Shown here: positions 1-12,578 of the stretch, one piece after another
Layout of the letters: the number at the start of each line of letters is the position of its first letter
Numbering within the stretch: position 1 is the first letter of the stretch
Source of the DNA: Microbotryum violaceum
Taxonomy: Eukaryota
DNA length: 64,000 bases
Assembly (NCBI GenBank): GCA_001244265.2
Contig: CDLV01000005.1
Location: 310,001 to 374,000, forward strand
Direction: 5' to 3'
Translations under genes and position numbers: made by a program
The notes under the pieces: generated by a model
What the model was told of the DNA's origin: nothing
Database searches by the model: none
What the model saw: only the letters and a program-made list of their open reading frames with translations

Positions 1-2046
1 CCGGCGGCAAAAGGGGTCGCCATCGAGGTCCCACTCAGGACGCCGACCGTGCCTAGAACGATGGGAAACGTGCTGAGGATGTTGCCACCGGGTGCGGCGA
101 AGCTCGGCTGGCCGTACATGTCGTTGGTCGGCCCGAAGTTGCTAAAGGCGCTGATTTGGCCACCGGTCTGAGTGTCGGCAGCGCCCGAAACGAGTTTGCT
201 GTTGCTCGGAAAGGTGACACTGGGGCCCTTCTTCTTTTGAGCGAGGTAGTACTTGAGCAGCAAAAGACCATCCTCGCGTCGCAGACCGGCGACAGCGGTC
301 AGGCCCGTGTTGTCGGCACCAAAGTAAGGCAGCGTCGGGCCGGTCGCAGAGTTGTAGATCATAGCAAAGCGAGCGCCCTTGTCGGCGGCGTACCCCATCT
401 TGGTCGCAAAGTTGCACGTTCCTCGTTGCATGATGACGAGATAGTTGCGAAGATCCGGCGTCGACAAGGGCAGAGGGTTGCACGCATCGTCGAGGGCATT
501 CGTATCAGTTGAAGTGAAGTAGACTTTAAGCGTCGACGAGGTGCTAAACGCGTTGGCGGCGAGGTAAGGCATCTTGGGGTAACCTCCCGTCTTGAAAACC
601 ATGTCGTACGCAGGCAAGTTGGCGACATCGACCGAAGCGACGGCTACTCCGGTCCTCGAAGCGGCTGGGAACTCGGCAAAGAACATGCCCTCGGATTGTT
701 CGTTACCGGCCGCACTCATTGTCACGATACCCTTGGCGTTGAGCCTTTCGACTAGTGCTTGCGTTGGCGAACCATCGAGCCACCCGACGGGCCCGCCGAG
801 ACTCATGTTGATGACATTGGCCCTGTCCTCGGCGGCCTTGAGCAAGGCTTCGACGATCGTATCCTCGCCCGTGTTGCCAGAGCAACTAAAAACGCGGTAC
901 ATGCCAATCGTTGCCTGAGGTGCGACACCGGTGAAGCCGTACGAGTTGGCGTTGGCGCCGATGATGCCCGTCACTGATTGGCGAATAGCGTCGTACTTGG
1001 AAAAGTCAGCTTTTGCTCAATCTGGCCACTGTATTAGGCAGCTGCTGACTGACCATGGGTACCATGATCGGAGCAGTTGGTGTACGGGTCTGGTCCAGTT
1101 GTCGTCTCATCATAATCGCCGACGAAAGCATACCCAAACGCGACCTTGCAGCCTTTGCCGAAGCAGCCGCCCAAGATGGGGTTCTTGTAATCAACACCCG
1201 TGTCCAAGATGGCGACCCTGATACCGGAGCCGAGGAAGCCCTTGCCGTGCATGACGTCAACACCCGTCATTTGGTGGGGGGACCATGTGTCATCCGTGTA
1301 TGCGTCGCGACGACTGAGTACCTTGCCTCGAGCCGAAATGTCGGTCGCCGAAGTGCCGTGACTCGTCTTTCCCTTGGCTTCGCTGGTGGTGTAGGTGACG
1401 GGTCGAGGGATACTTCGGACAGGCCAAACTTTCTGTGAAGGGAGCGATAATCAAAATCCCTTGTTTAGAGACCATATGGTGTCCTTCCTTGATTCGAAAG
1501 TCATTCACAGAATTCGAACTCACGGTGACCCCGGGGACGGCCAAAAGATCAGCGGCGGTGGTGTTTTCCGGCACGACGATACTGGCTCCCGTGAGCAGAC
1601 CAGGCGACTGGTACGTTTTTCTGGTTTTGGCGTCGATTCCAACATCGTTGATCTTGTTGATGACTCCCGCAATGACCTGTTGGTCATTATGAGCAAGAGG
1701 TACACAATCAGCCTCCAAGTCAACCCAGCCGCACGCCGAGCAACTATAGCCAAGTCCACCCAATCCCCTCGCGCTCGGGGTCCGGATCCGGCGATGATAC
1801 GCGAGCTTGAGCGAGCCGTCTTGAACTTTGTGAGAGCAGCAACACAAGTACGAAGGCACTAACCTCATCCGCACGCTTCCCAAGCGAGCTGCTACTTGAA
1901 CTCGAGACGGCGACGATGAAGCGACCGGGAATGATCTGGGCTCCGGAGCCTTCGATCAACTTGAATGCCGAGGTGATGGAGGCGAGCGAGCACACGACCG
2001 CGGTGGCGAGCGCCATGAACACCATCTTGGAGTCGCGGGAGAACAT
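1..2046 (-). CDS. Secreted subtilisin-like serine protease (peptidase S8 with PA-type insert); 3' end runs off the window
   Basis: Signal-peptide-like N-terminus (MFSRDSKMVFMALATAVVCSLASITSA). Catalytic triad motifs in successive exons: ILDTGVDY (Asp), DHGTH (His, ~1050), LSGTSMATP (Ser, ~12-38). Also oxyanion AAGN and the GGCFGKGCKVAFGY motif typical of basidiomycete S8 proteases. Multiple introns. Confidence 0.93.
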
Positions 2047-3096
2047 GGCGCGTCAATATGAAAAAACAACCCGAGAAAGCTAGGAAATTTTAAAGGCGTG
2101 AAGGAGCGATGTTAACGATAATCGGGATCCGGAAGGGTGTGATCGACTTTGTCGGAGGCGCGCCGCGACGCGACTGAACAAGGTCGAGGGAGATCGAGAA
2201 GTTGCCGGGGTGTTGAAGGAACGACGAGCGACGGCGCAGACTTGATGAAGGAGTGACTCGGTGAGGAGGAGAAAATAGAAGCGAATTCTATGTACAAAAT
2301 TGGATACCTGACTGCAGGTTGAGCACGGAACAAGACAAGGGAGATGGGGCAAACACGAGGGGGAGTTAGCGGAGACCGCGCGCCGCGTGCGCCTGAGCCG
2401 CGCCTTGTCTCGCGATCAACTTGGCTCGCAAGCCGGCCCCAGCCCGCCCACCACAAGGTCGCACGACAGGTGCGAGAATGTTGGCCAACCACTCCGACAG
2501 TCTTCTCCGAGTCACCTCCGAGTCACCTCCGGCGCCGCCGCAGATCACACTTTCCTAGCTTTGTGTAGTCTTGCGAGGCTGAAGGAACCAAACCTGAGAG
2601 TTCCGAGGATGGGCAGCTCGGAGTCAAGACGTCGAAACCAGAGCCAGAGCAAACTGTTCACCTTCGTCGACAAGGTGCCGAATTTTGCCTGTCAGCTCCT
2701 CCGTTGAACCTGTCGGCCCCTTTCCAGGACTACACTCCTTATTTTGTACCCGATCTCTGAGTTGGTTCAGGAATTCACTTAGGATGTTTCGTGTACACTT
2801 TGTCGCTCCCAATGTGCCAGCAGGAGAAACAACGAAGGAGCTGGTTTCAAGTCCAGATTTAGTCCTCTCCGAGCCCGCCGTCGGCTCGTCGACTGTGCGA
2901 ACGCGACGACCCGCGCGACACGTGCGACACCCCAGGGGTGCGCAGTTTGATCACCTAGGCATCTATCTGGGACGCATCGAAGGTCCTGCATTGAGTGCAA
3001 TGTGGGAATCGTACAAAACCAACCTAGCTGTATCAGGCACTAATCTGCCTATCGCGCAGCTTGTGATGCGACAATGATAACGGCACCTCAAGGTTT

Positions 3097-4580
3097 TTAC
3101 GCCCTTCTCACCTCTTCTTCACCCTGCTCGTCCCCGCCCCCATCCCCATCCCCACTTCGATAGGCCTCAACAGCGGCCTTGGAGGCCATGCCCCCCAATA
3201 GAGCAACCGAAGTTTTGACGACAACATCCGAAGCCGTCCCGCCAATGTTGGCTGCGGTTTGGCTCGCCTTCTCGACGACTTCTCCCGCGTCGGACCCTTT
3301 CGAGTGAGTAACAGCATCTTGCGCGGCTTGGGAGGTGTGCGATGCAAGAGTGGTGGACCTGAACATGTCGTCTCCAATCAGTATCGTTGAATGTATGGCA
3401 AGAGATGAGTGTGCGAGCTCACCCGTCTGCCACCCCACTAGCAATTGACCCCACAGCCGTTTGGGTTTTCTCCCAGGTTGACATGTCCGGCCTTTCTTCG
3501 GTCCCCTCTTCCATCTCCATCTCTCCCTTTTTACCAACGGGTATTCTCTTGCCCACTTGTTTCCCTAGCCAAACACTTCCCTGCTGTATGTATCCCGTCA
3601 ACTTGTTGCTGACATCCCGGACACCCTGGCTAGCACCCTCGACGCCTCCCACAAAGTTCTTCGTCCGTTCGCCCAGCTGAACCTCCTCCGCCGGTTTGAC
3701 AGCTTCAGAGCCCTCGATCCGTACTCGAGTTCTTTCATCAATGGATTGAGCGATCCCACCCAAACTCGCACGCGTCGATTGGCCAATGTCATCGGCGGCC
3801 GAGAGCATCATCGAATCGGTCAAGAGACCCAACTCGACGAGTGCCTGCTCGAACGAATCCCGTAATTTGAGGAAGAGGGTTTGATTCTCCTCGTCGACAG
3901 GTTCTGATTCATCTGTAGGACTTGTATTATGCGAGCTGGATTGGGGGAAAGCTTCGTCGGTCGTTGATGGAAGGGTAAGTCGGATCCAGCCCGTCGCAGA
4001 GGAGGCAGCGTCTGCCTCTGTTCCGGCCAGTGAAGGTTTGAAGAGATACGAGTAGGGGTCGCTCGTCGTTCCAAAGGGGGTGCCTGTAGTATCAAAATGT
4101 ATCAGTTGTGCTCGTCTCAGACTTGTCGATGCACCCATGGACCGCGCCAGCAACGCTCCGATGTGGGGCTCCCCAGCTAAGACGAAGACGCCGGCCGACA
4201 GGCTCGAGACGATGGACCGTCGCTGGATCATGACGTCGTTGTCGAGGCTCCTCCGGACGCAGGTCCGACAACTCTCCGACGCGGTGCGGCTCATCAGCCC
4301 ATATGCATCTAGGGTTCAACGCACTCTTGGACAACGGGAAGGCCAATTCTGCTACTTTTAAGACGACTATGACCTCATCCCCCTTTGTCGTCCTCGTCGC
4401 ATCACTCGCTGAGCCGTTATCGCCTGAAGCCGATTCGTCGATCGAGGTCGAGGAGGCTGCGCCAGGGGCTGGTGGTGCGGCGATGAGAGCTAAGGGACCT
4501 GCTTCACCCAAAGCAAGAGTCCGTTCTCCTACGAGATGTTCCAGTTTGCATGGCAAGGGAATGCTGAGAAGGGTGGACAT
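3097..4580 (-). CDS. Hypothetical protein with probable senescence/spartin-associated C-terminal domain
   Basis: Spliced from ORFs 4092-4619, 3419-4294 and 3097-3537; ATG at 4580 (MSTLLSIP). The C-terminal amphipathic G/A/S/T-rich helices (AVGSIASGVADG...AVTHSKGSDAGEVVEKASQTAANIG) resemble the senescence domain. Family assignment is by resemblance only. Confidence 0.55.
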
Positions 4581-4773
4581 GGTCGTGTCGATCGGGGTGT
4601 GGGGTGAGGAACGTCCCAAAGAGGTCGAGGCGCGCGTGCCTTCGCTCTCTCAAGTCGCGTGAGCGAGCCACAATAATGTGTTAGTGATTCACGGTTGGTC
4701 GCCACCATGTCGGTTAAGCGTGCTAATCACTTGCTTCAAGATCAGGTCAATATTTCAACCCCTTAATCCTCAT

Positions 4774-5992
4774 CTAGACATCCGACAACATGGGCTCAAC
4801 CGCTTCCCAATACCCCTGGGAGACCTTTTCCCGAATCTCCTCCTTGGTCAACCAAGCGAAATCAACCAGTCCTTCCTTCTTGTTCGGTACAGCCTGCCCT
4901 CTCACGATCCTCATGGGGAGGAAGAAGACCTGAGGAGAAGAGACCGTCCGAAAGTCAGCCCATCGAGCGAATGGTAGCGTTCGGAATGCGATCTTCTCAC
5001 CCTAGCTTCTGTGTGCTCCGGCTTCTTTTCAAGATGTTCCTTGGGGAATGGGTACGAGTACGCCCCGGCAGGTACTTTGCCGATGGGCCATACGTCCATG
5101 TTGGGTCCGGTCTCTTCGATCAGTTCCCTCTGAGCAGCTTCGAGCAGAGATTCGTCGCCTTCGACACCACCTTGGGCTGTTTCAGCGAAGGCAGTGTCAG
5201 TACGCACAACGTGTCCGCCTTCCGATAATAATAAAATTTCGCCATCACTTACGGAACTGCCAAGCATGGGTATTTCGGTTCTTTTTGAGCAACATGTACA
5301 AAGTGCGGTCGCCTTTCCTCTCCAAACTTTTGAGATCCCCCTTCTCATCCGCTTCGGTTTGCCTCTGCACCAACTCGGCCGCTCCCTCGACCTGTTCTCC
5401 CGCGAGTTCGAAATCCCTCATCGGGTTCTCGAGACCGGTGTCGACCGCGATCGTGGCTTGGTCGTAGGCGGAGAAGGACTTTTCGGTCGTCGAGTTGGGC
5501 TTGAAGAACCACGACGTCGAAACGGAAACGGGTTTGGCCAATGCGCGCGCGATGCGACGTTGGTAGGCGTAGTAGGTTCGTTCAAAGGCAGTCAGGGAAG
5601 GCAGGAGCAGAGGTGGCCGGGAGATGAGCGCTGCGGCGACAATGCGCGGCGACGACGACGACGACGACGAGGTCGAGGAAGAAGACGAGGAGGGAGTCGA
5701 AGCGGAGGAGGAAGTCGAGGCAGTTCCGGTCGAGTCGGAGGTGGATGTTTCAGAGGCAGAAGAGGTTTTGGCAGAAGTTGAGGCTAGTCGAGTTTGGAGT
5801 TGGACTGTAGGGCCATGGGAGGCGTGTCAATGATGAGATCACAGCTGGCGGGCAACACGACACGGGAGAGGCGCCCGAGTGGGAAAAAGACCGAATGTGC
5901 AAGAGAGTTGCGAGTGGGTGGGTGTACTGACCTGGGCGTATGCATGAACATGTGATTTGATGCAGTGTCCTCGAGGCGGCTGGCCGTGACAT
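4774..5992 (-). CDS. MRPL17: Mitochondrial ribosomal protein mL46 (MRPL17-like, C-terminal NUDIX-like fold)
   Basis: Motifs RIVAAALISRPPLL, FERTYYAYQRRI, RQTEADEKGDLKSLERKGDRTLYMLLK, WQFPQGG, ELIEETGPNMDVW and DFAWLTKEEI. Presequence-like N-terminus; stop TAG at 4774-4776 on the minus strand. Confidence 0.88.
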
Positions 5993-6285
5993 GGTGGATG
6001 GGTGCGCGGGTTGTGTGCAAGGCCAAGTGACAGAAAGCGAAAGTGCCGACCCCCGCAGCAGCGGAGGCGTTTCCCGGCTGCGACGACAAGCTGCACGCGC
6101 GCGCGGACCCTCGGAATGAGAATGAGAATCGGAATTCCAGCTAATCTGTGAAGAGACGACCCTTGCCGGGCGCTAATCTGATATTGGTGTCGATCGAGCA
6201 AAACTGGCGCGAAGACCAGCGATCGCCGGCATTCCACAGTGACACTCACCCCTCCTAACCTCACCCGTGCCACCCCAAGCCGACC

Positions 6286-7556
6286 ATGTCCCTCCTGCGA
6301 TCCAACCACCAGCTCGGGCGCTCGTTCGCAAGATGCCTGTCGTCGTCCTCGCGCTGTGCAACGCACCCAACCAAGCCCCTTGATCCTGCCATCGACGCGG
6401 CTCATTCTCCCATCTCTTCCCATCCCCACCCAGCGCCCGTGGCACCCTCGCCCTCGCCCTCATCCCCAGCACCCGCCACACCGTACACGTCCCCTTTTGA
6501 CTCGCACGCACCGCCGACCGCTTCGACCAGTCAGGCTGGCCAGTACCCGCATTCTCAAGCACCCCCCTCCCCATCGACCCACTTTGGCTTCAAGGATGTG
6601 CCCGAACAACTCAAAGAATCACTCGGTAAAAGCAATGTATCGTCCACTTCTCGTCACGAAACCACGCTGATGGTCGTATCCCTCTGTACACAGTCAAGGG
6701 CGTGTTTTCCTCCGTCGCGTCCTCGTACGACGTCATGAACGACGCCATGTCGCTCGGGATCCATCGCCTATGGAAGGACCACTTCGTGTCCAAGATGGAC
6801 CCACGCGACGGCATGCGATGCCTCGATGTCGCCGGGGGCACGGGTGACATCGCGATGCGCTTGTTGGACCATGCGAGAACCAAGTACGCCGATCGGGACG
6901 TGCACGTCCAAATCCTTGATATCAACCCCGAGATGCTCGACGAGGGGAGGAAGCGGTTCGCCAAGAGCATGTACCATGGAGGTGAGCTTGCCCTAGTCGT
7001 ACGCGTGAGATTGCCCCCGAGGTCTGAAATACTCTTATGCGCTGCTTCTCAGGCCCGCAAGTCTCTTTCACACTCGGGAACGCCGAAGAACTTTCCACCA
7101 TCCCGGACAACTCGATTGATCTCTATACAATCGCTTTCGGGATCCGCAACTGCACCCATATCGATCGAGTACTCCAACAAGCCCATCGAGTACTCAAACC
7201 CGGTGGAGTATTCTCCTGCCTCGAGTTCAGCAAGGTCTCGAACCCTCTCTTGGCAAAGTGAGCTCCTGACTTTGCTCCGCACACTGGAGAAAACAAGTCC
7301 CCGCAAAGCTGAGCATTTCTCCCTCCTTTGCAGAGCTTACCAACTCTATTCCTTCCAAGTGATCCCGACCTTGGGTCACGTCATCGCCTCGGACCGAGAC
7401 TCGTACCAATACCTCGTCGAGTCGATCGAACGCTTCCCGCCTCAAGCGAAATTCTCCAAGATGATCGAGGAGGCCGGGTTCACTGTTCCGCGGAGGGAAC
7501 CGTGGGAGGACTTGACTTTTGGTATCGCGGCCATTCACACGGGGGTCAAGCTCTGA
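6286..7556 (+). CDS. COQ5: Ubiquinone biosynthesis C-methyltransferase
   Basis: Motifs [45 protein letters not shown] (SAM-binding), [24 protein letters not shown] and [14 protein letters not shown]. Mitochondrial presequence; three introns. Confidence 0.97.
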
Positions 7557-7770
7557 AGGGGTATGGAAGCGAGGCAGCACAAAGCGCCGGGAAGGTCTTG
7601 GTCTCCAGGTAGGAAGACAGTTGCCTGGTCACAGTCACTCCGAGTCGCGGATAGCATAGATAAACTTGTTGCAAAGCTTGGATCATTTGCAATCAGCACA
7701 GCAAGAGAGGGCCTTGTACAGTTATGTAGTTAATTTGAAACATATATACACATCAGGTATAGACCCTCAT

Positions 7771-8497
7771 TCAGAGCTCGACCTTGGAACCATCAGCCAC
7801 ATCGCGATGCTCCTGGGACAAGTTCGTCATCCCCTCATGAGTCATGTGCTCCTCGAACAACCCCTCCTTCCTCAACCTCGATCGTTCAGCGACGTTCTCC
7901 TGCTGTTGAATCGCCTTGGCGCGCAGACCATCCTCCATCCCGACGCCGTTGTTACCGTTCGCCTTGACTTGCAACGTCGTATCCGGTGACCACAATTTTT
8001 TTAGGATCGGGGTGTCGGTGTCAAGGTGTTGAGTTGCAGAGGCACCGTGGTGAGCGGGGTGTTCGAGAGGTTGAGTTTCGGTCGATTTACCGGGGTCTGT
8101 AATCGGTTGCAATGTACGGGGTTGAAGAGACGCGGGAAAAGGGGTGCGCCGAAGCGTTGACAACGACGATCGATTCGCGGCGGGTGTGCAGTGGCGGTGG
8201 TGATGTATGAACAAGCGAGCGTATGAGGAGTATCGATGCAAATAAGTATATGAACAAAATGTGAATTTAGTGTAGGAGAGTAGACGAGATCAATCTTGAT
8301 CAGTTTTACGGGCTCCCAAAATGGGTGGCTCGATCTCGAAATGACCCTCCGCCACGTCCCCCCACACGAGCAAAGGAGCGTCATCGACTCGACCGCCCGC
8401 CGATCCGATGTTTCGAGGGGGAGCAGTGGATTGTCGTTTGCAGTGACTTACGAGCCAAAGAGTTGACAGCGTCTTTGAGAGAGTCAACGAGTGTCAT
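7771..8497 (-). CDS. Small hydrophilic hypothetical protein (~123 aa, two exons)
   Basis: Exon 1 8497-8452 (MTLVDSLKDAVNSLA) ends at a GTAAGT donor. Exon 2 8096-7771 follows a CAG acceptor. The phases join in frame (46+326=372 nt) to give ...HPGKSTETQPLEHPAHH...DGSKVEL*. Confidence 0.6.
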
Positions 8498-9528
8498 GTT
8501 GGAGTTGAAGTTGGAAGCGCTTTGCGGGTGTAGTCGAAAGTACTAGTGTGGACTCAAAGGAGGTGGGGGCGGCAGGGAACATTTTGACGACGACGACGAT
8601 CGAGTCATCGCAGTGCGATAACATGGGTGATGAAGAGGAGGCTTGAGTCAGTGATCCAGATCAGGTGGCTGTTTGGAAAAAACGTATGCCCTCACATTAT
8701 TCACAAGCTGGTACCAAGATGGGTGTTGTCGCGGATGTGGGGAGGGGCGAAGGAGCAAGAAACCGACAAGCGCGTTCGACACGCTGCACGAGGCTTGCAA
8801 GTCTTGTGACTTTTTCTCTAGATTTCTCGATTTTTGGCGCCCCACATGTCATCATGCCCCCACCCACAGGCTTCTCACCTGCGTCAAGTAAGAGCCGCAG
8901 CGCAAGGCGCTAAAATGAGTCCTGCCGGCGCGCAGCGCCCGCGCCGGTCGGCGGTGGGCGGATGACGTCGATCGAGCGGAACTCGCTGTGATTGGCTTGA
9001 TGCGTGTCGAAGGTCGAGCACTTGATCGTGTGGTATTCACGTAGTTTGACCTAGCGAAGACAGTTCAGTCCCATTTCTCTGTACCTAACACTAATAACTG
9101 CCTTTAATGGTGAGCCTGCCGAAAGCTGAGGCGCCGATGATGATGGTGCCTGCCGCCCGCCGTGCCGTCCGCTCTACGCTTGGCGTCGAGGGATAAAATT
9201 GTCAAGGTCCGAGCTCAACATGCAGGCAAAGAATTTTGTCCTGGGCCTCGAACGCAGAAAATTCGATCTGAACGGTGCCTAACGCGTGTCTCGATCGGTG
9301 ATTTCAACGTAAAGACTGTTTGCCAGGGCTCTCACTGGCTCGTGCTTGTGGTCGTGCAACGTGAATTTTACTGCAATAGATATGGAGTACTAATGATGTC
9401 TATAGAGAGGCCAGAAACCGGGGCAAGGCACAACATATGACAATATTGGAACGGTTACAAGAGGAAAACCAGCCGCCCCCCTATGCGACGTGGTCGTGAT
9501 CGTGAGTGAACGTGAGGCCGAGGGACTT

Positions 9529-11718
9529 CTAGTGCTTCGGAGGCGGAATCGCAATCACCACGAGGTTGACGACCATCGCAAAGATGCCCGAGATCCACCA
9601 CGCAGCGGCATAGCCTTGTTGAGGGTGGAAGCGGAACATTAACGCGTAGATGATGCCGCCCAAGTTGCCGGCCGCCCCGACGATACCAGTGATGATGCCG
9701 TTCGAATAGGGGACGCAGTGAGGTACCAAACTAAAGTTGAGGCCGTTGGCCATCTCGTTGAAGATAGCCATCACGACGATCAGACCGATCTGGAAGCCCA
9801 AAGAAGGGCCCTTCTTGTTGCCGTGGGTGAAGGCGTGCAGAGTGTGAAGACCGTAGGCGAGCGAGACGACACCTTGGAGGAAACCGCACGTCAAGGTCGC
9901 GTACTTCTTGCCCTGGGGGCCCCATCGTTTGCCGATCATGTCACCGAGGATACCACCCAGAGGTCGAGTCCAGACGTTGAGGAAGCCGAAGATCGAAGCG
10001 TAGTAACCGGCCTTGAGTTGACCAAAGCTAGGAGACTTGTGAACGGCAAACAGGACGTTGGCCAGGTTGGCATCGACAGCGAGTTCGAACCCGAATGTCG
10101 TCATGTACATGATGGAAGGCAGCCAAGTGTAAGGGGTCGTCGCGATCTTGAGCGTACCGGCGATGGAAGGCTTTTCCGCGACGGCAACGTCAATATCATG
10201 CAGTTGCTCGGCGACATCGTCATCGACGGCTTCTTGCACGGTCACCTTTGCCGCCTCCTTATCAGACATCTTTTGCTCGGCGATGCGTCGTTGACTCGCA
10301 TCGAGTGTGGTGAGGTGGCCGCGGGACATGGCGATGGAGCTTGCGGGCATGGTATGGCGCTCGGACCACTTGCCGGCCGGGCAATCGGTACCAAACACGA
10401 GGCAGAGGATGGCAACGAAGATGAGGATCGGGCAGGGAACGATCGCGAAGGCTGCGCGCCACGCCGAGTGCGACGAGAGACCGTCGTTGAGGAGGGCCTG
10501 GAAGAGAGCCACTTGGACCACAAAGGTGACACCACCTCCGAGATTACCTGTTGTAGCGAGGAAAAGCATCAGTAAACCGTATGCTCAACTGTTTTCGCGT
10601 TCGAGGGCGTTCTGAACCGACCCCAACCACCGGTGAAGGCGTTCGCAGTGCCAACGACGTTCTTGTCAAACATTGCCGTAGTCCAGGCTTGGCACGGCAC
10701 GAAAGTGGCACCAAGAATACCGATGAAGAAGCGGATGATGTAAAGACCTTTGTAATCGGTGATGGTACCGGCAAGACCCGAGGGGATCGCACCCAGAAGG
10801 AGGAGAGCGGCCATGACTTTTCGGGGTCCAAATCGATCGACGAAAGGTCCCATAATCAATCGAACACCTGAGCGAGACGGAAAAAACCAACCATTAGTTT
10901 GGTAGTCCTCAGTGGTATCATGGCTTCGCCAACTCACCAAGCGTGGACGCGAGGGCGGTGATGTTGGAGTTGCCGATCTGGGCGGTCGTGAGCTTGAGAT
11001 CGGTTTTGATGGCCTGTGTGATCAAATAGGGGGGTGCAAGCAGTCAGCTACTGGAGGCGCACCAATTAGACTTCAGCCAACACCACCTTCTGAATGCTTA
11101 CTTCGGGGATCAGAGGCGGGAAAGCGAACCAGGACAAGAAGGCGACGAAGAAGCCCAGCCAAGAGAGATGGAAGTTGCGCGTGTAGGGGTTCGCGAGGTC
11201 TGCACGGCCGATTCCATTTTCCAATCAGCGCTCGGTCCATGCGGCTAACGGGTCAGTAAAAGACGACCTACTGAACATAGGAAGGGTTTGAGATTTTCCA
11301 TTCAGAGGATTGACCTGAAGAGGAGATGATTGAAAAAATCAGCGTGCGTTGATCGGAGGCTGAGCACTGAAAACCGTAGGACCGAAGGAAGCTATTTCCG
11401 CCTCCTTTCCGCCCCCAAGTCCAAACTCGAGGCCCGTGCGTGGCCAGCTCGGAAATGGGAAATGACAGCCGACGGATCACTATATCGACTAAGGCGACGT
11501 GACGACGTGGCCGTGCCGCAGGGAATGGGATAGGTCAGGTAATTACTCACGACAGGCTTCTCCCACAAAGAAGCGATCCTGAACGAGGGAGGTTCGTTGT
11601 AGTTGAGCGTCGCATTGTTGGAGTTGACGCCTTTGGCCGCCTCGACGACGCCTTGGCTATCAAAGTGCGCGCTCGATGCGGACGATGAGACTTCCTTTTC
11701 ACGAACGATGGTCGACAT
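9529..11718 (-). CDS. NRT2: High-affinity nitrate transporter (MFS, NNP/NRT2 family)
   Basis: Motifs [56 protein letters not shown], nitrate signatures [16 protein letters not shown] and [22 protein letters not shown] and [10 protein letters not shown]. Multi-intron gene; ATG at 11718. Confidence 0.96.
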
Positions 11719-11889
11719 GATGACAAATCTTGAGTAGTAAGGGATACAGTTGACTGCCAAGACCGGTGTTGGAACAAGATGATGTGAAGAAAAGGAAGAG
11801 ACTAGGAGAGGGTGTGGAGCAGTGCAAGGTCTGCGATGGGTTGGTTTGGGATCAAAGGAGACGGGCGACGGTCGCTAACTGGTCGAACC

Positions 11890-12151
11890 GATAGAGCCCG
11901 CTATCGCAGATAGTCTAGGATAGTCGGGCGGGCCAGGCCAGACCTGGGTGATAAAGAGACCGCGAGCGTTTTACCTATCGACCGCGGTGATTGTCTCGGA
12001 TAGTGGGCTTTTCATTGATGCGCACCGATCCTGAGAGTGGTCCAGATTCAGATTCCGGCCTATCACATTTCTACCATTTGGATCGAGCCGACACGGACTC
12101 CGGACCCTTGTCAGTAGAGCGAGCTTGTGCCAGCGCAGCCCGACCTTTATC
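11890..12151. promoter_or_regulatory. Cluster of GATAR sites (AreA/Nit2-type nitrogen-regulation elements) upstream of NRT2
   Basis: GATAR/YTATC at about 11890, 11901, 11909, 11919, 11950, 11975, 11999, 12060 and 12147: nine sites in ~260 bp. Confidence 0.8.
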
Positions 12152-12232
12152 AGGCGCGCGCGCTCGCCAAGTCCGACACGGAACACGGAAGTGCGACGCA
12201 CAGCGGGGTCGTGTCGGGTCGCGCCGAAACGG
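12088..12232. promoter_or_regulatory. Three CCGA[A/C]ACGG everted-CGG motifs (putative Zn2Cys6 binding sites) in the NRT2 promoter
   Basis: CCGACACGG at 12088-12096 and 12173-12181; CCGAAACGG at 12224-12232; variant CCGAAGCGG at 12311-12319. The same motif occurs three times in the NiR/NR promoter. Confidence 0.7.
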
Positions 12233-12578
12233 AGGACCCTGCAGCAAGCTTTCTTGATCGTGATGATGTAAAGGCCCAGTAATTTCCTCCACTTACTCCA
12301 TGGGTTCAAACCGAAGCGGTCTTGACCACTCTCGGCCGGCGGTTCCGGCCAAGTTGGCTTTTTCACGGGCAAGTTTGGAACAGCGAGCGATGTTGAATTG
12401 AACAAGGAAGAGGAAGAAAGAATGCGACCAGGGTCTGAAATCCAAAGAAAAAACACGAGAGAGTAGAAACCCAATGTTTACACAGCCAATATTTCGACAG
12501 GTTCCCCACTAGACCAAGATCCGTAGAGCTTTCGCCAGCCACCACTTTGATGTACCCGCGGCGCGCATCCACCCCAAT

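Noticed and set aside
9718-10575. 285-aa ORF on the + strand
   Set aside because: It is the antisense shadow of the GC-rich NRT2 last exon and has no recognisable motifs.
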